A stretch of DNA of 64,000 nucleotides from Botryllus schlosseri (taxonomy: Eukaryota). Positions 1-12,722 of the stretch are shown here, piece by piece. Both the position numbers and the translations under genes were made by a program. The stretch covers positions 32,614,001 through 32,678,000 of the forward strand of contig CM119371.1 in NCBI GenBank assembly GCA_051294905.1, written 5' to 3'. Below the pieces are notes generated by a model that made no database searches, was not told where the DNA came from, and saw only the letters and a program-made list of their open reading frames with translations. The first letter of the stretch is position 1; every line of letters begins with the position of its first letter.

Positions 1-435
1 TAGGCATTCGCAAAGCGAAAACACGGAAGAGAATTCGATTTTCGCAGAGACTTCGCTATATATGGGCATTTACAAGCGAAAGGACAAGAAGAATACGATT
101 TTCGCTGTCATTTCGGTATATATAGATTGGTGTGCGTCTATAAATGGTAAAGAATTGCTATTGAACAGAATATTAGGTGGGGTAATGCCCCAGTTGCCCT
201 ATAGGACGAGCCGCCACTGTAAAGTAGACCAATTAAAACTTGATCGAAAATCAACTGTATCGCTTACTTGCGATGTCATATATAGGGTTGGCAAATGCAG
301 AAAGGCTCTGGAAGTCATAGGCTATATTTCATAACATAATAGCTTATCAAACTGACTGTAACATAACCAAATTATCCTCATCGTTCGAGATGTCTTTACA
401 TCTTAATAGAGATCAGATAACATGATTGGGGAAAT

Positions 436-515
436 GAGTGGCGCAGTTGGTTAATCACTTCAGTCACGACACCAATGGTTGCTGGTTCGAGTCTCGGCTC
501 TGCTATGTTTCTATG
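436..515 (+). mobile_element. tRNA-derived SINE head (Pol III A/B boxes), fragment
   Basis: A-box TGGCGCAGTTGG (439-450) and B-box GGTTCGAGTC (484-493). Shares ACACCAATGGTTGCYGGTTCGAGTC with the minus-strand SINE at 57607-57903. No complete cloverleaf seen. Confidence 0.55.
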
Positions 516-1384
516 TGTCGGAGGTTTATCTGGGCTACTCTTCGCCGATCGCGCTGTACTTCCAGCGCCTTGAAAAGCTCAGAGGAAGAGAGAGCCGAAC
601 TCCAGAAAGATGGCAAAAAAAGACCAGGTTGCAGGCGCATGAAAAGCGAACGAGACTGGTGGTGGAAGCGCGCGTGCATGGACGTCGTCCTTGATAGTTG
701 AAGAAAATCGAACGAGCAAAACTAGTGCCAACGTGCCAAACTCGAAATTGTGGTGCCAACTAACGTGAAAATGTGCCAATATTCATAAATTTGGCCCCGA
801 TATGCGCCAATTTGCAACACTGGATACTTCGCAACGACACACTAAGCAGCAGTATTAACAGAAAGTGTTCGTGCTTGCTGGCTCACGCAGAAACAGCTGA
901 TATTTGATTAATTATGATGTAACAACAGCGGTGTATCCATTGAGAATAAACGACCGTCAATGACCGGATGGTACGAGGTTGGTAGAGTTCATAAACAAGT
1001 GAAATAGGTGTAATAGGAGGCAAATTTACGGGACTTGAAATTCATTTCAGGTATCGCAGGCTGGAATGTATTGAGCCACTTTTCTATCATCGTCGATCTC
1101 ACATAAATTGAACTGAGCAAAAACCAAGCACATATTGAATCATTATTTGACTGAAAGTTCTATCGTTTTCGCCCCCTATCGCCCCCTTGTCCGTTTCGCC
1201 CCCCTATTGCCCCCATCGTTATTTTCGCCCGCTGGATCACCAAATCGCCCCCTGGGAGGCGGTATCTCCCACGCTGGGTACCACTGCCATGAACCATATA
1301 TTCCTTAATTGCGATTGTTCTATTTTCCCAATGCAAAATACCCCACATACCAAATTACCTGGAAAGCTCGATGAGCCTGACTAA

Positions 1385-1928
1385 CAGGACCGTGTAGCAG
1401 CACTTCGTCAGCCACCGGAAACGTTGGTTTCGCCCCCCTCCCATAGGGCGATAAACCGAAGTATTCCTTTATTGGCATATAATTTTTTTCCACGGGGTAG
1501 CACTTGTCCTGTCGGGTTCAGATCGCCAGAAAGGCAACATTCAACGCCAACCGTTGATGCGCATATGAACCATTGAACGTATATGTATAGTATATATATA
1601 TCGAAGTTTTCGGTGAGAACAAGGGCATTCCTTTTCGGCCAAGGTCGTCTATCTGCTGATCGTTCTGGCACACTTCTCGGAGTCGCATGTTACATGGCCT
1701 ATAACTTCATATGTGTCGGTGCGTCGTGGTGCAGTAATCTCCGACGCCGAAGTATCCATTTCCAAAAATCTTTCGTATTTATGTTGGGGTAAGGGTACCC
1801 CGAAACCAAGAGATATGACTAGGCTATATTAAATCACGCACAGTGCCAAAATTCTTTGAAAAAGTCAAGTTCGCGTTCGAGTCCGCCTCTTCCAATTAGG
1901 AATTGGGGGAGCGGCAGTTACGGTCCTG
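1385..1928. mobile_element. non-autonomous hAT-like element (CAGGACCGT family), short version
   Basis: TIRs CAGGACCGT / ACGGTCCTG. Interior is homologous to 16753-18534 and 43424-47207 but lacks the nested element found at 17444/46156 (empty site at about 1695-1705). No clear TSD. Confidence 0.7.
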
Positions 1929-2490
1929 ACTCCAATATAGCCGTTTTAACGCGCCATCGCCCCTATCGCCCCCGTCGTTCGTTCTCGCCCCCAGCCCTAT
2001 CGCTCCCTGGACCGCAAAATCGCCCCCTGGGGGCGATATCGCCCACGTTGGGAACCACTGCATTGAGACATATGCCATAAAACCTTTACCCAAAATGACC
2101 ATTGCTAGTTGGCCAAAGTAGAAATGGTCGGCACCTAATATAGGATATCGTCTCGTCCTTGCAATCTTGTCCCGGTACTACAAAATTGGCAAACAGAGAA
2201 AAATATTGCGTACCGATTTTAAGTTGCGCACGCTATACATGTTTCACAGAGCTGCGGCTCGGTGTCCGCGCCTTTGTATTCCATTCATCCCAGTAAATAC
2301 GAACACACTGACATTAAATGCAATCATGTGGAGGCGTGAGGCTCGGGTCACGAGAAATTTGAGTCGGTCCAGAAAGTTTGAGAACCCGAGTCATACGAGG
2401 AGACGGTGTCTTGTGACGTCACAATCAACCCGCAGCGGTGACGTCATAGTCACATCAGAATGCACTTTACTCCATGTCGCCGGTGTACGT

Positions 2491-2904
2491 CAGAGATGAG
2501 CATGGATTAGGATTAGGTTTTGAAAAAACAGGATTTGTGAAATTTTGCGGATTTGGATTAGACACTTTTTTCAGAACAGATTAGAATTTGCATTGGATTT
2601 ACCTATTTTCTGGCAGATTGAAATGTCGTGTGGCGAATGGCGGCAAACTTTATTCAGATCAGTTATTAATATACTTATGGTTACTAAGTTATCTTGAATC
2701 AAGTGAATCGTTGATTGTGAAAGAAAATTTTCGAATACCTCCATTGCATAAATTGATATTTTTTCTGAATTTCCAGTTGGAATCGGATTAGGATTGGACA
2801 TGGACTTGAATATGAAAAGTTATGGATTAGGGGTTTGATTTGGATTTGACGGTTCGGATTTGGACTGGATTAGTACATAGAAATTTCAAATCCACTCATC
2901 TCTG
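2491..2904. mobile_element. MITE with GGATT subterminal repeats
   Basis: TIRs CAGAGATGAG / CTCATCTCTG. Many GGATTA/GGATTT repeats. Flanks GTGTACGT / GTATGTACGT (degenerate TSD). Confidence 0.7.
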
Positions 2905-4189
2905 GTATGTACGTACAGTAGGGATATCTAGATATGATCCAGTTTCAGGAAATAGACCATCCCACATGTTAGCGTAAGGATTGTGTATTTCCACTCATGT
3001 AAAAACCCTGATATACGGGTGCCAATATACACCCATGGCACACGAAACAAGAGCCTAACTCACACTCGAGTACAGCATTCTATTCCAAATGATGCATTCG
3101 CGTATGTGCTTAGGAAGGTATGCACGTAGGCACGTAGGATTTATGACCGTGATGTAATTCTGTGTAAGGTTCTGTCTCCGGCCCTTTGGATGTGAATACG
3201 CTAAGAGTGTAGTTTTATGGATTTAAAAACGAACGAAGTTAAATTTAGATAGTAAAGTCAATCTCATCATCAAAATACTGGCACAGTCGGAACTTTTTTT
3301 ATCGAGTACAACTGATATTGACGCGCCTGGAGTCATGGCTTGAATCGATTACCATTTTCTGAATGACCTGACTTGAATCCACTGAATCCAATTCACTTCA
3401 CTGAAATGAATTATCTTGACTTGAATTCGACGCATGCATATTATTGAATGATTCATGACTTGAGCGCGAATTTTTAATAAGTCTTTCAAGTCAACAACTA
3501 TTCAGCCTCGCAAAACCTCTCGATCAATAGGCATTCTATAATCCTTTATTCACTGGATTCGGCTTCCGTTTACGTTTTGGATGTGGTAAGTTCGATCAGC
3601 ATGTAGCGACATCTCATATAAAGGAAACGACATCGGCATGCTAGTAAAAGCCACAATAACTGTTTTCACAGGCACTAAAATATCATTAAATCCAAGACTA
3701 AATATATTTAATCAGATGGATCAGAAGGGAAGTTTTTCTATCTTGACAATTTCTAAGAAATCTGATTACGATTTAATATTTTCTCAACAAAAGTTTCTCT
3801 TTCACATAAACATGTAATCGGCTTTGCCTTTTTAGCATAAAGCTTGCATCCATCCTGCATTGTTTTCTCAATGAACATTACTTTCACGGAATTATGCCCC
3901 AATGCCACTTTGGATAGCGCATACCTTATTTTCAGGATTATCATTCCACTATACGCATAGAAGAGTATATTACAGCAGACCAGATTCATTTAGTCACCGA
4001 GTGACGTATTGTACTACCACGAAGGATCCAGGTTAAAACCAATCATACCTGACTATCGAAACATAAACTTCTCAACCTCTCTCATACTGGTAGACTTATG
4101 GTTAGCTATCAAGGTTACAAAATATTCCAAAGACTAGTGAATTAGACAGCGAATACAAGCCGCGCACAATATGTGCAATATTGTCCACA

Positions 4190-4870
4190 CCGACTTGCCC
4201 AAATTACTGGATTTCCAAAAAGCGCAACTACAATTACTACTACAACTAATCAATTTTGGAAACTAGCAACTAGAACTAAATATAGAACTACTCACTTTTC
4301 AAACCACGCAACCATACTAGAACTAAAACTAATCTCTTTTCGAAGCCCGTAGCTAGAACTAGATCTAGCTAGAACTAACGACCTTGCAAAATTAATCGAC
4401 CGCAGAATATAGAGCAAAATTTTGATTTGACCCTCGAACCTATTCACTGCTTCTCATTCTCTGAAAAATAATTTCATTTTACTAAGAAACACATTGATTA
4501 TTATTTTATCGGGAATATTATACACAGAATCGTCATTTCAAAAGGAAGTGTTTCGAGTTTAAAATAGGAGAGATTTCGACCCCCAAACCTCACCCGTTGG
4601 CTACGCCACTGTTAGCAGTGATGGCTTTGAGCGACCAATGGCTGCATAAACATCATTCAGCAGAACGCCGGTATCTCGAATCGCGCAAAACAACAACACG
4701 TGTATTCTAGTTATCCGGCAACTAATATTTCTTCAAATGTGAAACCAGAACTAGATCTATAGAACTACTCTTTTTTCAAAATTCGAAACTAGAACTAGAA
4801 CTAGAAGTACTCAAAACACCGTTAGTTATAGTTGATCGGCAACAAACTAAATGAGTAGTGTGTACTCTGA
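4190..4870 (+). mobile_element. MITE with (ACTAGA)n subterminal arrays
   Basis: ACTAGAACTA arrays at both ends. Copies at about 33890-34570, 54665-55430 and, reversed, 12320-12516. Confidence 0.6.
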
Positions 4871-6106
4871 ATCAACAGTTTAACCATGACTTAACCCTCC
4901 ACTCCAGTAGTCATATAAAAAAATGAACAAATACGAATCCAGGATGCATCCTAAATTAAATTCGAGTAGATTTCATAGTCGAAATACCGGTACGCTATAT
5001 GATCTTTTTTTTCTAGCGACACATGATATTGACATGATTTTTGATAAACTATGTTCTGTCAAATTCTACACTGGTTTCTGAAGATTATCCCTGGCGCGTG
5101 TGTCATTATGTGTATGGTAATTTTAGAAGATATCAGGCAAAATGGCCATGTTTCATCATATGATACGTATCAAAATACAATTAGCACACTTTCCCGATTC
5201 CATAAATAAGATTGTATAATCGTAATCGCGCTATCTTACCAATGTAAAATATACCGCATAGCAAACTATCTGGAAAGCAGGGTTAGCCTGACTAATGCTG
5301 ACTATGAGCTTCCCATAATACTCACGTTCAGATAGACCACCGAAATCGTCGCTAATACCGTTAACATGCATAGCGAGGTTTTTGATCGATTTTGCAAGTC
5401 CTGCGACGATGCCTGAAACAGACTGAAGCCGGATGTAATTTAATGCTAAACCCGCACGCACGAATCGCGTGAGCGCGCTGCGCGTATACTATACAGCTGT
5501 GAAAATGCTGATACATCAATGGCCAGTTCACTGAACAATGAATGGTCTTAATAGTGATATACGTGTGGCGATCAACCATTTTCGAAGTGATCTTTTTATG
5601 TTGTGCTGTGCCTACTGTTGCAACTTACTTTTATTCCTAAGTATATGAACAGAGAATCATATTTAAATCATAGATGTACTTTAGACTTTGTCCTGATTGC
5701 ATTTAAATTAATATTGCAAACAGTATATATATATAAATATATTAGCATAAACATTAAATATCGCGCCGTGTTCACTTGACATATTAAACCACATGATACA
5801 ACATGCACTCATTGGTTCCTAATTCTGCTGTTCTAAAATTACAATCAGTTATCATATAACGTTTCAGATTCGTACTTTGCCGTACATACTCGAAACAGTG
5901 CATTAAATAATGCTTGGAGATATTGGGCAACAAACATTGTCCACATAAAGGGGAATCAGTAGATACAATCTTATGTAAGTGATAATTGAGCCGACAATAC
6001 CCTGATCTCCATCATAACAGTTTCAAAGTAATATTTATAGAATGTACAATGTACATCATGGATAGAACTGTCTCAATGATCTTATATCATCGCATGTCAT
6101 AGGAAG

Positions 6107-7111
6107 TAGGGATGGTGTGAACGTGAGGTTCACGTTCGCGTTCTGTGTGTGAACCTCGGAAATTTAGAGGTTCGTGTTCACAACAGAACCTTGGTAGGTT
6201 CTGCTCTGTGAACCTTTTGGTAAATTGTAATTTTTACTCCATTATATGATTTTTGGCTCAAATTTATTGCATTTCAACTGCATACCACTCCATGCATGGT
6301 GCTGGCAGCATAAAAAATCAACGCTTAACGAGCATGCACCATGCACCTCGACAACCTTAAAAGTTTTAGTTGCTTTGTTGCGAAAATTTTCTCGGAATAA
6401 TCAGCTTTCCGTTTGTGGATATTTAGTGACTATCTGCTGTGAGCTTGACCCGCAATCACATAACATAACGAGCGATATACGTAGTCAGCGAATGATGCTT
6501 ATATTCAACCAATCAATGACATTGATATCGTCTTCTGATGTAAAAAATCGTACGGGCGTACGGGGTCAATCTTGACTTCATATCTGTACTGTATCATTAA
6601 AACCAAATCCGTGCGATTAAGGTGTTTGCTACTACTGCATAACTTGTTGTTGTTTGTGGTATCGGTAGCGAGTATTGAAACCCGTTGTACACTCTGCTCC
6701 ATATCAATGTAGCAATACTCAGACTCCGAACACATAGTCCGGTCTGGCTAAGAACGTTAAGGCGTAAGCTTATATTCCTTGGTAAGTCCTCGTCGAAATT
6801 GTTGGCAAAGCGACGGAATGTATTGATTTTACGCAATTATTATATCCTTTGGTTACAGCTGTTGATACATTTAGCGACGTTTAAAACGCCGACATGTACT
6901 TCAGCATTGTGGCATTATGTGGACCGAGTCTTCGCTAGGTATCGTGTAGGCTACATTAATATAGGCTATCACTTCATTGGAATATAGGGTTGGAATTAGC
7001 AATATGACGTCACGTGACGTCACGAGGTTCACGGCCGTGTTCACACAGAACCTTTCAAAAAGGTTCGCGTTCACACGAACCTGAACCTTTCAGAGGTTCA
7101 CACCATCCCTA
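6107..7111. mobile_element. non-autonomous hAT element, 1005 bp
   Basis: Perfect 16-bp TIRs TAGGGATGGTGTGAAC / GTTCACACCATCCCTA. Perfect 8-bp TSD ATAGGAAG (6099-6106, 7112-7119). Absent from paralogous sites at about 35805 and 56668. Confidence 0.92.
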
Positions 7112-7650
7112 ATAGGAAGGTATTTGAAAGCCAATTTCGTCTACTAGAAACTCCTTTACACCTATATTCAAACGAACTTCTTAGTAGTGAATTTCGTCAT
7201 CCACCGCCGGCGACTTCCATGCCATAACCGAGTGTGCAAAAAGTAGCTAGTATGGGAAACCTAATACATGCTCAAACTCGGTCAGTATCAGAACGCAGAA
7301 ATGCAGGAAATACACAGTATTACAGTGCTTTTAACCTTTTTGGATACCGATTCGCACTTTTTTTTTGTAATTGAATTTCATTCGCTCAAATCAATAAATA
7401 TTGTTATAGTTTTCCTGATGTCTTGGGAAATAAGCTCCAACACGATCACAGAGAGTAGACTCATTAGAGCTCGCTACCTTATGATACGTTCCTCAGACTT
7501 GCGTTCGGTTTTTATTTCTCGATTTCCCATTTCCTGTCTCGCGAGTTAATGGAAAGAGCAAGGATCTCTCACTCGAAACTTAATAACAGTTCGAAAAACT
7601 TCAATAACCAACAACCAGCTTCTTGAACCACGAGAAAAATCAGAGATTTT

Positions 7651-8250
7651 GTGGCATCTCGCCGAGCCTCACACCTGGAAAATATGGTATTTGTAATATT
7701 ACAGTTGCATGCCACGATTTTAAGGACATTCATAACATTAACTACCGAACTTGCAGAACACAATTGTACGCAACACGAAACGTGTCTGACGCACGTGATT
7801 TCAAATAGGAGTGATTTAAATTCCCCTGCTCGTTGCATTTGTACTACTGTCCACTCAGATTGCAAGAACAGGACTATTCAGTGCCAACCGCCGACAACAG
7901 AGCGTATCGATTTGGAAAGGCTTGGCCATCCAGCGACGGTCATTTTTGACCGAGCTTTTGTCGCCGCTGATGCTTTTGGCACCGCATTTTATCAGCGATA
8001 TGTTGGCCAAACTTTACATTTTCCGGTGCCCCGACAAGCCAACATAGAAGGGTCTGGTCTCGAAATAAATGTGTCTCGCGGTCGTTGCACAGAAATGCAC
8101 ACCCCTACACTAGTTCATCTCAACGGTCTTCGACGACGTCTTTCAGAAAACCAGTCGTACAAATCCTATCATGAATCCAAACCAAAGGTCGCAGATTCTC
8201 ATGATAAAGCCATATTTTTGCTTATTGGATATAGTATGCAACAACAGTGA
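7651..8250 (+). pseudogene. longest open stretch (199 aa) of an unidentified decayed coding-like cassette (segment C)
   Basis: Homologous DNA at about 36950-37890, 59040-59730 and inverted at about 39830-40800. The copies give interrupted but mutually similar peptides. No family recognised, and frame and strand are uncertain. Confidence 0.3.
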
Positions 8251-8768
8251 CCCTGGATATGTAAAAATCATCGCCGGATTTTTTGCAATAAATTAAACAA
8301 ATACTACATACATATCAATAGATAGTTCTGGCAACGTGTCGACCTAACATCATATACTCTTTGCGGCCAATACTTTAATAACCCTTGAAGGGGTGAGAAT
8401 TTGCGCTGCAGTAACTTGCGAATGTGAGTCTGTAATGTTGGTACTAATCAATGAGCTCTTACATTGTTGTGCAACGTTATTCGACTCAGCTAGATTGACA
8501 GTCATATATACAACAATTTCATGGGGTTGGCAGCAGTGGCGTAGCAGCAGGTGCTGCCACCCATGGCTTTTCTTGAAAGTGCCGCCGCATAAGCACACCG
8601 CAGCAAATTTCGACATAGTTTCCTGTTCGAGCACTCTTTTCAATAAAAATAATTACAAATAATATGCCGCGTATCAGAAGTTCTATGTTGCTTGAGAAAG
8701 AAGCCCATCTCAGCGTTTATAATGCCAAAAACAATAATGACAAGAAATTGAGAACGAATGTATTAGTC

Positions 8769-10210
8769 CAGGGGCGGCCAACCCGTCACCCGCGAGAAGA
8801 TTTTGAGTGGCTGGCGAAATAATTCGCGAAATTAGCTGTAATATTAAATAATAAATATTCCATGTAATTTATTACCGTTATATATATCGTCTGCTATCGG
8901 CGCAACAAAGTATGTAATTTACTGTGAATTTTCAAGGTCCATCAAAAGTTTGATAAGCTTTACTGCGAAATTTGGGTTGGTAATGACTTGAGCATCATTT
9001 CCGACGCAATGGCGTAGCCAGGGGCCAGCCAGATTTTTCATAAGATCTTCGTATATGATCATAAAGTAGAATATTTCGTGGTAGATTTATTTGACTCGAT
9101 ATTTTTATTAGCACTTAGCGCGATTTATTGTCACTCAAATTCTTGCTTATAGTACTCCCTCCTTAAAATTCACCGAATTGAGTCTGACAATACTCGCAAT
9201 TATGAGAGAACGTGTCGTCCAACATCCGACTTCGCATCTGCATTTGTAGAAAGATGATAGGTGATGATGAAACATTCGTACAAAATGATAGACGCCTCTA
9301 CGCCGGAATCTACGATATTTATATGCCTAAGCGCCGAATATTCGTGTCCTTGTCAAATGAGCGCAGCGGCATGCAAAGGCGACCCGCAATATATGCAAGT
9401 GGCAGAGGTATTGGCCGAACTCATTCATTATAATTTAGAAAAATGTTAGCGCTTGGCTCGGTTAGTTCACGAGTGCACTATGCACGCTGACTTTTCACGA
9501 CATAATTGTTATCGATTTTGATGCCTAGTAATATACGTCTTCTTTCCAGGGTTGTAATGACTCGAGTCAGACTCGAGACACGATTTTCTGATGACTCGAC
9601 TTGACTCGAGTCATTTTTTAAAAATACGGAAATCACTTTACTCGATTCGAGTCAATCTGTGTATTGCGCATGACTCGAACCAAGTCATATGACTTGAGAC
9701 CAAGACGGCCAAGACCGATATTTCATTGTGATTTCGAAGAATAGTAAAGAAACCACCCTATCGGGTCGGGACTTCGACTATTGGTACTGGTACTTAAAAA
9801 GGCGACCAGAAACTGATAAAAGTGAGGAAAATTAGTATATTACAAACGCGAACCAGTCGATATCACCAAACAGAGTTATAAAAGTGGGTTTGACAAGACT
9901 TTAACTGGAAACTAAGCAGTCAACACGATGACTTGGACTCGGACTCGAGTCATAATACCATGAGTCGGACTCGAATACCGGGTCGATGACTTGGACTCGG
10001 TGGTGAATTGAAAATGACTCGACTTGACTCGTGTCAAAACTATAAAAGTGAGATTGACTAGTGACTCTGTTACAACCCTGCTTGTTTCCGTATAGTCCGG
10101 CTCGCTCCTATCGAACGACTCAAGAAAGGTCATCAAAATTCAACATCCAAGTGGCCTGCTCAATGATTCCCAAATCTCATGTGGCCCTTTGACCGAAAAG
10201 GTTGGCGCCA
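8769..10210. mobile_element. degenerate hAT-like MITE (CAGGGGCGGCCAAC family)
   Basis: Left end CAGGGGCGGCCAACCCG, decayed right end AAGGTTGGCGCC. Paralog at 38120-39000. Interior related to 43937-44520. Confidence 0.55.
9547..10080. mobile_element. hAT MITE, GACTCGAGTC-rich family
   Basis: TIRs CAGGGTTGTAA / TTACAACCCTG. TSD CTTCTTTC / CTTGTTTC (7/8). Absent at the paralogous site at about 38875. Confidence 0.85.
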
Positions 10211-10244
10211 TGTATTGGACAAATATAAAAAAATCAATAGCCGC

Positions 10245-10625
10245 CTCAAAACTGAACTCTCCGGGCTTTCAGCGGAACGAAATCAGCGACAATATTCTAA
10301 AAATCAAGTTTTTGAACGTAGTCCCTTTCTATAAAAAGAATGGATAGAGGTGATAGCCGATACTCATTCACGGTATAACGTAAATAAGACTTTATCAGTT
10401 TGAGCTTTGAGAATCTCGTCTCAGAGCTCGCAATTGAAACACAAATGGTCAGACACGTATGGTGTCGAATCATGTAGGTGTGATTTAACTAACCACCGTA
10501 AAACATCGAACGCTGTTGCATTACGATCAAAAGTGGTTTCACGGCTCCGCACCAGCCTCTTAAATCTGTCAATTTCCGCATCTAACTCCAATTTAACAAT
10601 GAAATACTGTTTTTAACAGAAATCT
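10245..10625 (-). pseudogene. hAT transposase C-terminal (dimerisation) remnant, ZMYM1-like type
   Basis: Frameshifted paralog of 39035-39415, which reads IASCERSFSKLKLIKSYL.STVNEDRLS. Confidence 0.75.
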
Positions 10626-10630
10626 ATTAC

Positions 10631-10670
<40 letters not shown>

Positions 10671-11095
10671 AGTATTGTACACATGGTGTTCGGCTACAAT
10701 GGCCTTTTACACCAGGTCTTAAGAGTCTGACAAAGCCATTAGCGTCACAACTGTCTGCCGGTGAGGATAACGAATTCAGCCACCGGTAGTAAAATACGTG
10801 AATCTGATAACAGTATTGTGAGATGAAACGGTATGCCTACATTCGCCGCTGTCGTCTTCAAGTGATTACGGTGGGTCGAATAGTGTTGGAAATGAATTGA
10901 AAAGTATTCGACCGTATCGTCGACGTATCGCATAAACCCATCTCGTGACATGCAATTCTGCGAAGGTGCCAGTGGATTCTACAGTGGCCCGTTTGCAATC
11001 TTATCAGAATTGATGAGATTGTTCGGGAGGATATGCTGCAGCTTGGCATGATTGGCTATACAGAGGTGACCCGCAATATATGTATCGGCCGTAGC
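10631..11095 (-). mobile_element. 5'-truncated non-LTR retrotransposon (I-group-like ORF2 C-terminus) with (AAC)n tail
   Basis: Minus-strand peptides ILIRLQTGHCRIHWHLRRIACHEMGLCD and DTVEYF...VAEFVILTGRQL*. Homologous to 25120-25385. (GTT)n at 10631-10670 is the 3' tail. Confidence 0.85.
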
Positions 11096-11099
11096 AATG

Positions 11100-11330
11100 T
11101 AAAACTTCGAATGCTGCTGCATTACGATCAAAAGTGGTTTCACTGCACCGCACCAGCCTCCTAAATATGTCAATTTCTCCAGCTAACTCCAATTTAACAA
11201 CACAATACTGTTCATAATCGAAAGCTATTGTTGCCTCTTTGATTGCGGCTGGTCGGGACAACGGAAACACCGTGAAATATACCCTTCTATGTTTGAACAT
11301 CGGCATTGTTCCGAATATTCGCTCGATATA
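11100..11330 (-). pseudogene. second overlapping hAT transposase fragment
   Basis: 11100-11235 is a diverged duplicate of 10500-10632. Reads ...DYEQYCVVKLELAGEIDIFRRLV..., directly upstream of the dimerisation motif in the other copies. Confidence 0.55.
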
Positions 11331-11580
11331 ATTTCCATTATCATGGTCAATTTGGTCATAGTGTTGCGGCGCTCCGATTAATCGGAACAATCGGTCTTGA
11401 CGGCTGTTTCGGATTGGTCCAATTGCCATGCTCACATTTTAATTTGTGTTTTCGGAATCAGTGCGACACTAGCTTTCGATTTAGACCAGTTGATTAAATT
11501 TGAGGTCTCGGGTCGCCATGCAGCTATAGGACTACAAATTATACGCTGCTTTTAGCCGGCTGTGTACTCTGTGCACTGTG

Positions 11581-12180
11581 CAGTAGGGGTCTTCAAAATG
11601 ACTTCTTTTCTCTATTTGTACTGGCTACTTGATAAAATTGTGAGGTTAGCTAATTTAGGCCTACACGCCAAATTACAACCAGTATAGCCTCAATTCCAAC
11701 CAGTATAGCCTCATTGCTACAGGAGAAATAAGTTTCTATTTATCACATAAAAATAAATACAAATATAATTGAAAATTATCTGTTCGCTCCATCAAAGTGT
11801 TAGGTTGTCTACAGAAACGATGTTCACCAAATTTGGTTCAAACCCAAGTCGTGGAAGCGGAGTTATTGCAGTCGCAAAATTTGGATTTGAATAAAATAGT
11901 AAATTAGTAATAATAAATATTTAAAGAATTGGTCACCGTAAATACTATTTTATTCATAATCCAAATTCTTCGACGGCCATAACTCCGCTTCCACTGGTTG
12001 GAATTGAACCAAACTTGGTGAACATCGTTTCTATAGACAGCCTAACACTTTCATGGGGTGAACAGAAATTTTCAAATGTTTTGGTATTTACTTGTACATA
12101 GTAAATAGAAACTTTCTTCTCTTGTAGCAATGCGTCTACTGGTTGGAATTGAGCCAAAGTTGGTGTGTAGGCTTGCATTA
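11581..12180. mobile_element. foldback-type MITE with long inverted arms
   Basis: About 11655-11901 is the diverged reverse complement of about 11943-12180, around a ~40-bp spacer. Related to 14127-14617. Confidence 0.7.
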
Positions 12181-12722
12181 GGTACGGTTCTCAACATTAA
12201 ATGACTTGGGAACCCCTGTGGCCGAGCTGGGCAATTATTTTTCTGAGAATAACAAGCAGAAATACGTTGAAGGATAAGTCAAAAGTTGGCACTATATGTA
12301 GTGTATGAATTCTAAAATGATGTTAGTCTGAGTTTTAGTTCTAGTAGCGGATTTTGAAAAGTGAGTAGTTCTAGTTTTAGTTGCGGATTTTAAGAAGTTG
12401 TTAGTTCTAGTTTTAGTTTTAGTTATCGTTCCGGGATTGAAAAATAATGAGTAGCTCTAGTTCTAGTTCTAGTTCTAGTTGTCCTTTTTGCATATCGAGT
12501 AGTTTGTATAAGTCTGAGCATGAGTCAGGGTTGTATCCAAATCACAAGGCTTCGAGTCACAAGTAAATCTCATTGATACAGTGTTGAATCGCGTCATTTT
12601 CAATTCGACACCGAGTCAAGTCAGGGTGCAGAGGGTCAAGTCCGAGTCATAGTCTTATGATTCGAGTCCGAGTCTGTGTCATTGTGTTGACTGCTCAGTT
12701 TCCTGTTGAAGTCTTGGTATAC

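Noticed and set aside
2334..2355. GTGAGGCTCGGGTCACGAGA matching 40697-40716 in segment C
   Set aside because: The match is about 20 bp and does not extend, so it is not enough to call another copy.
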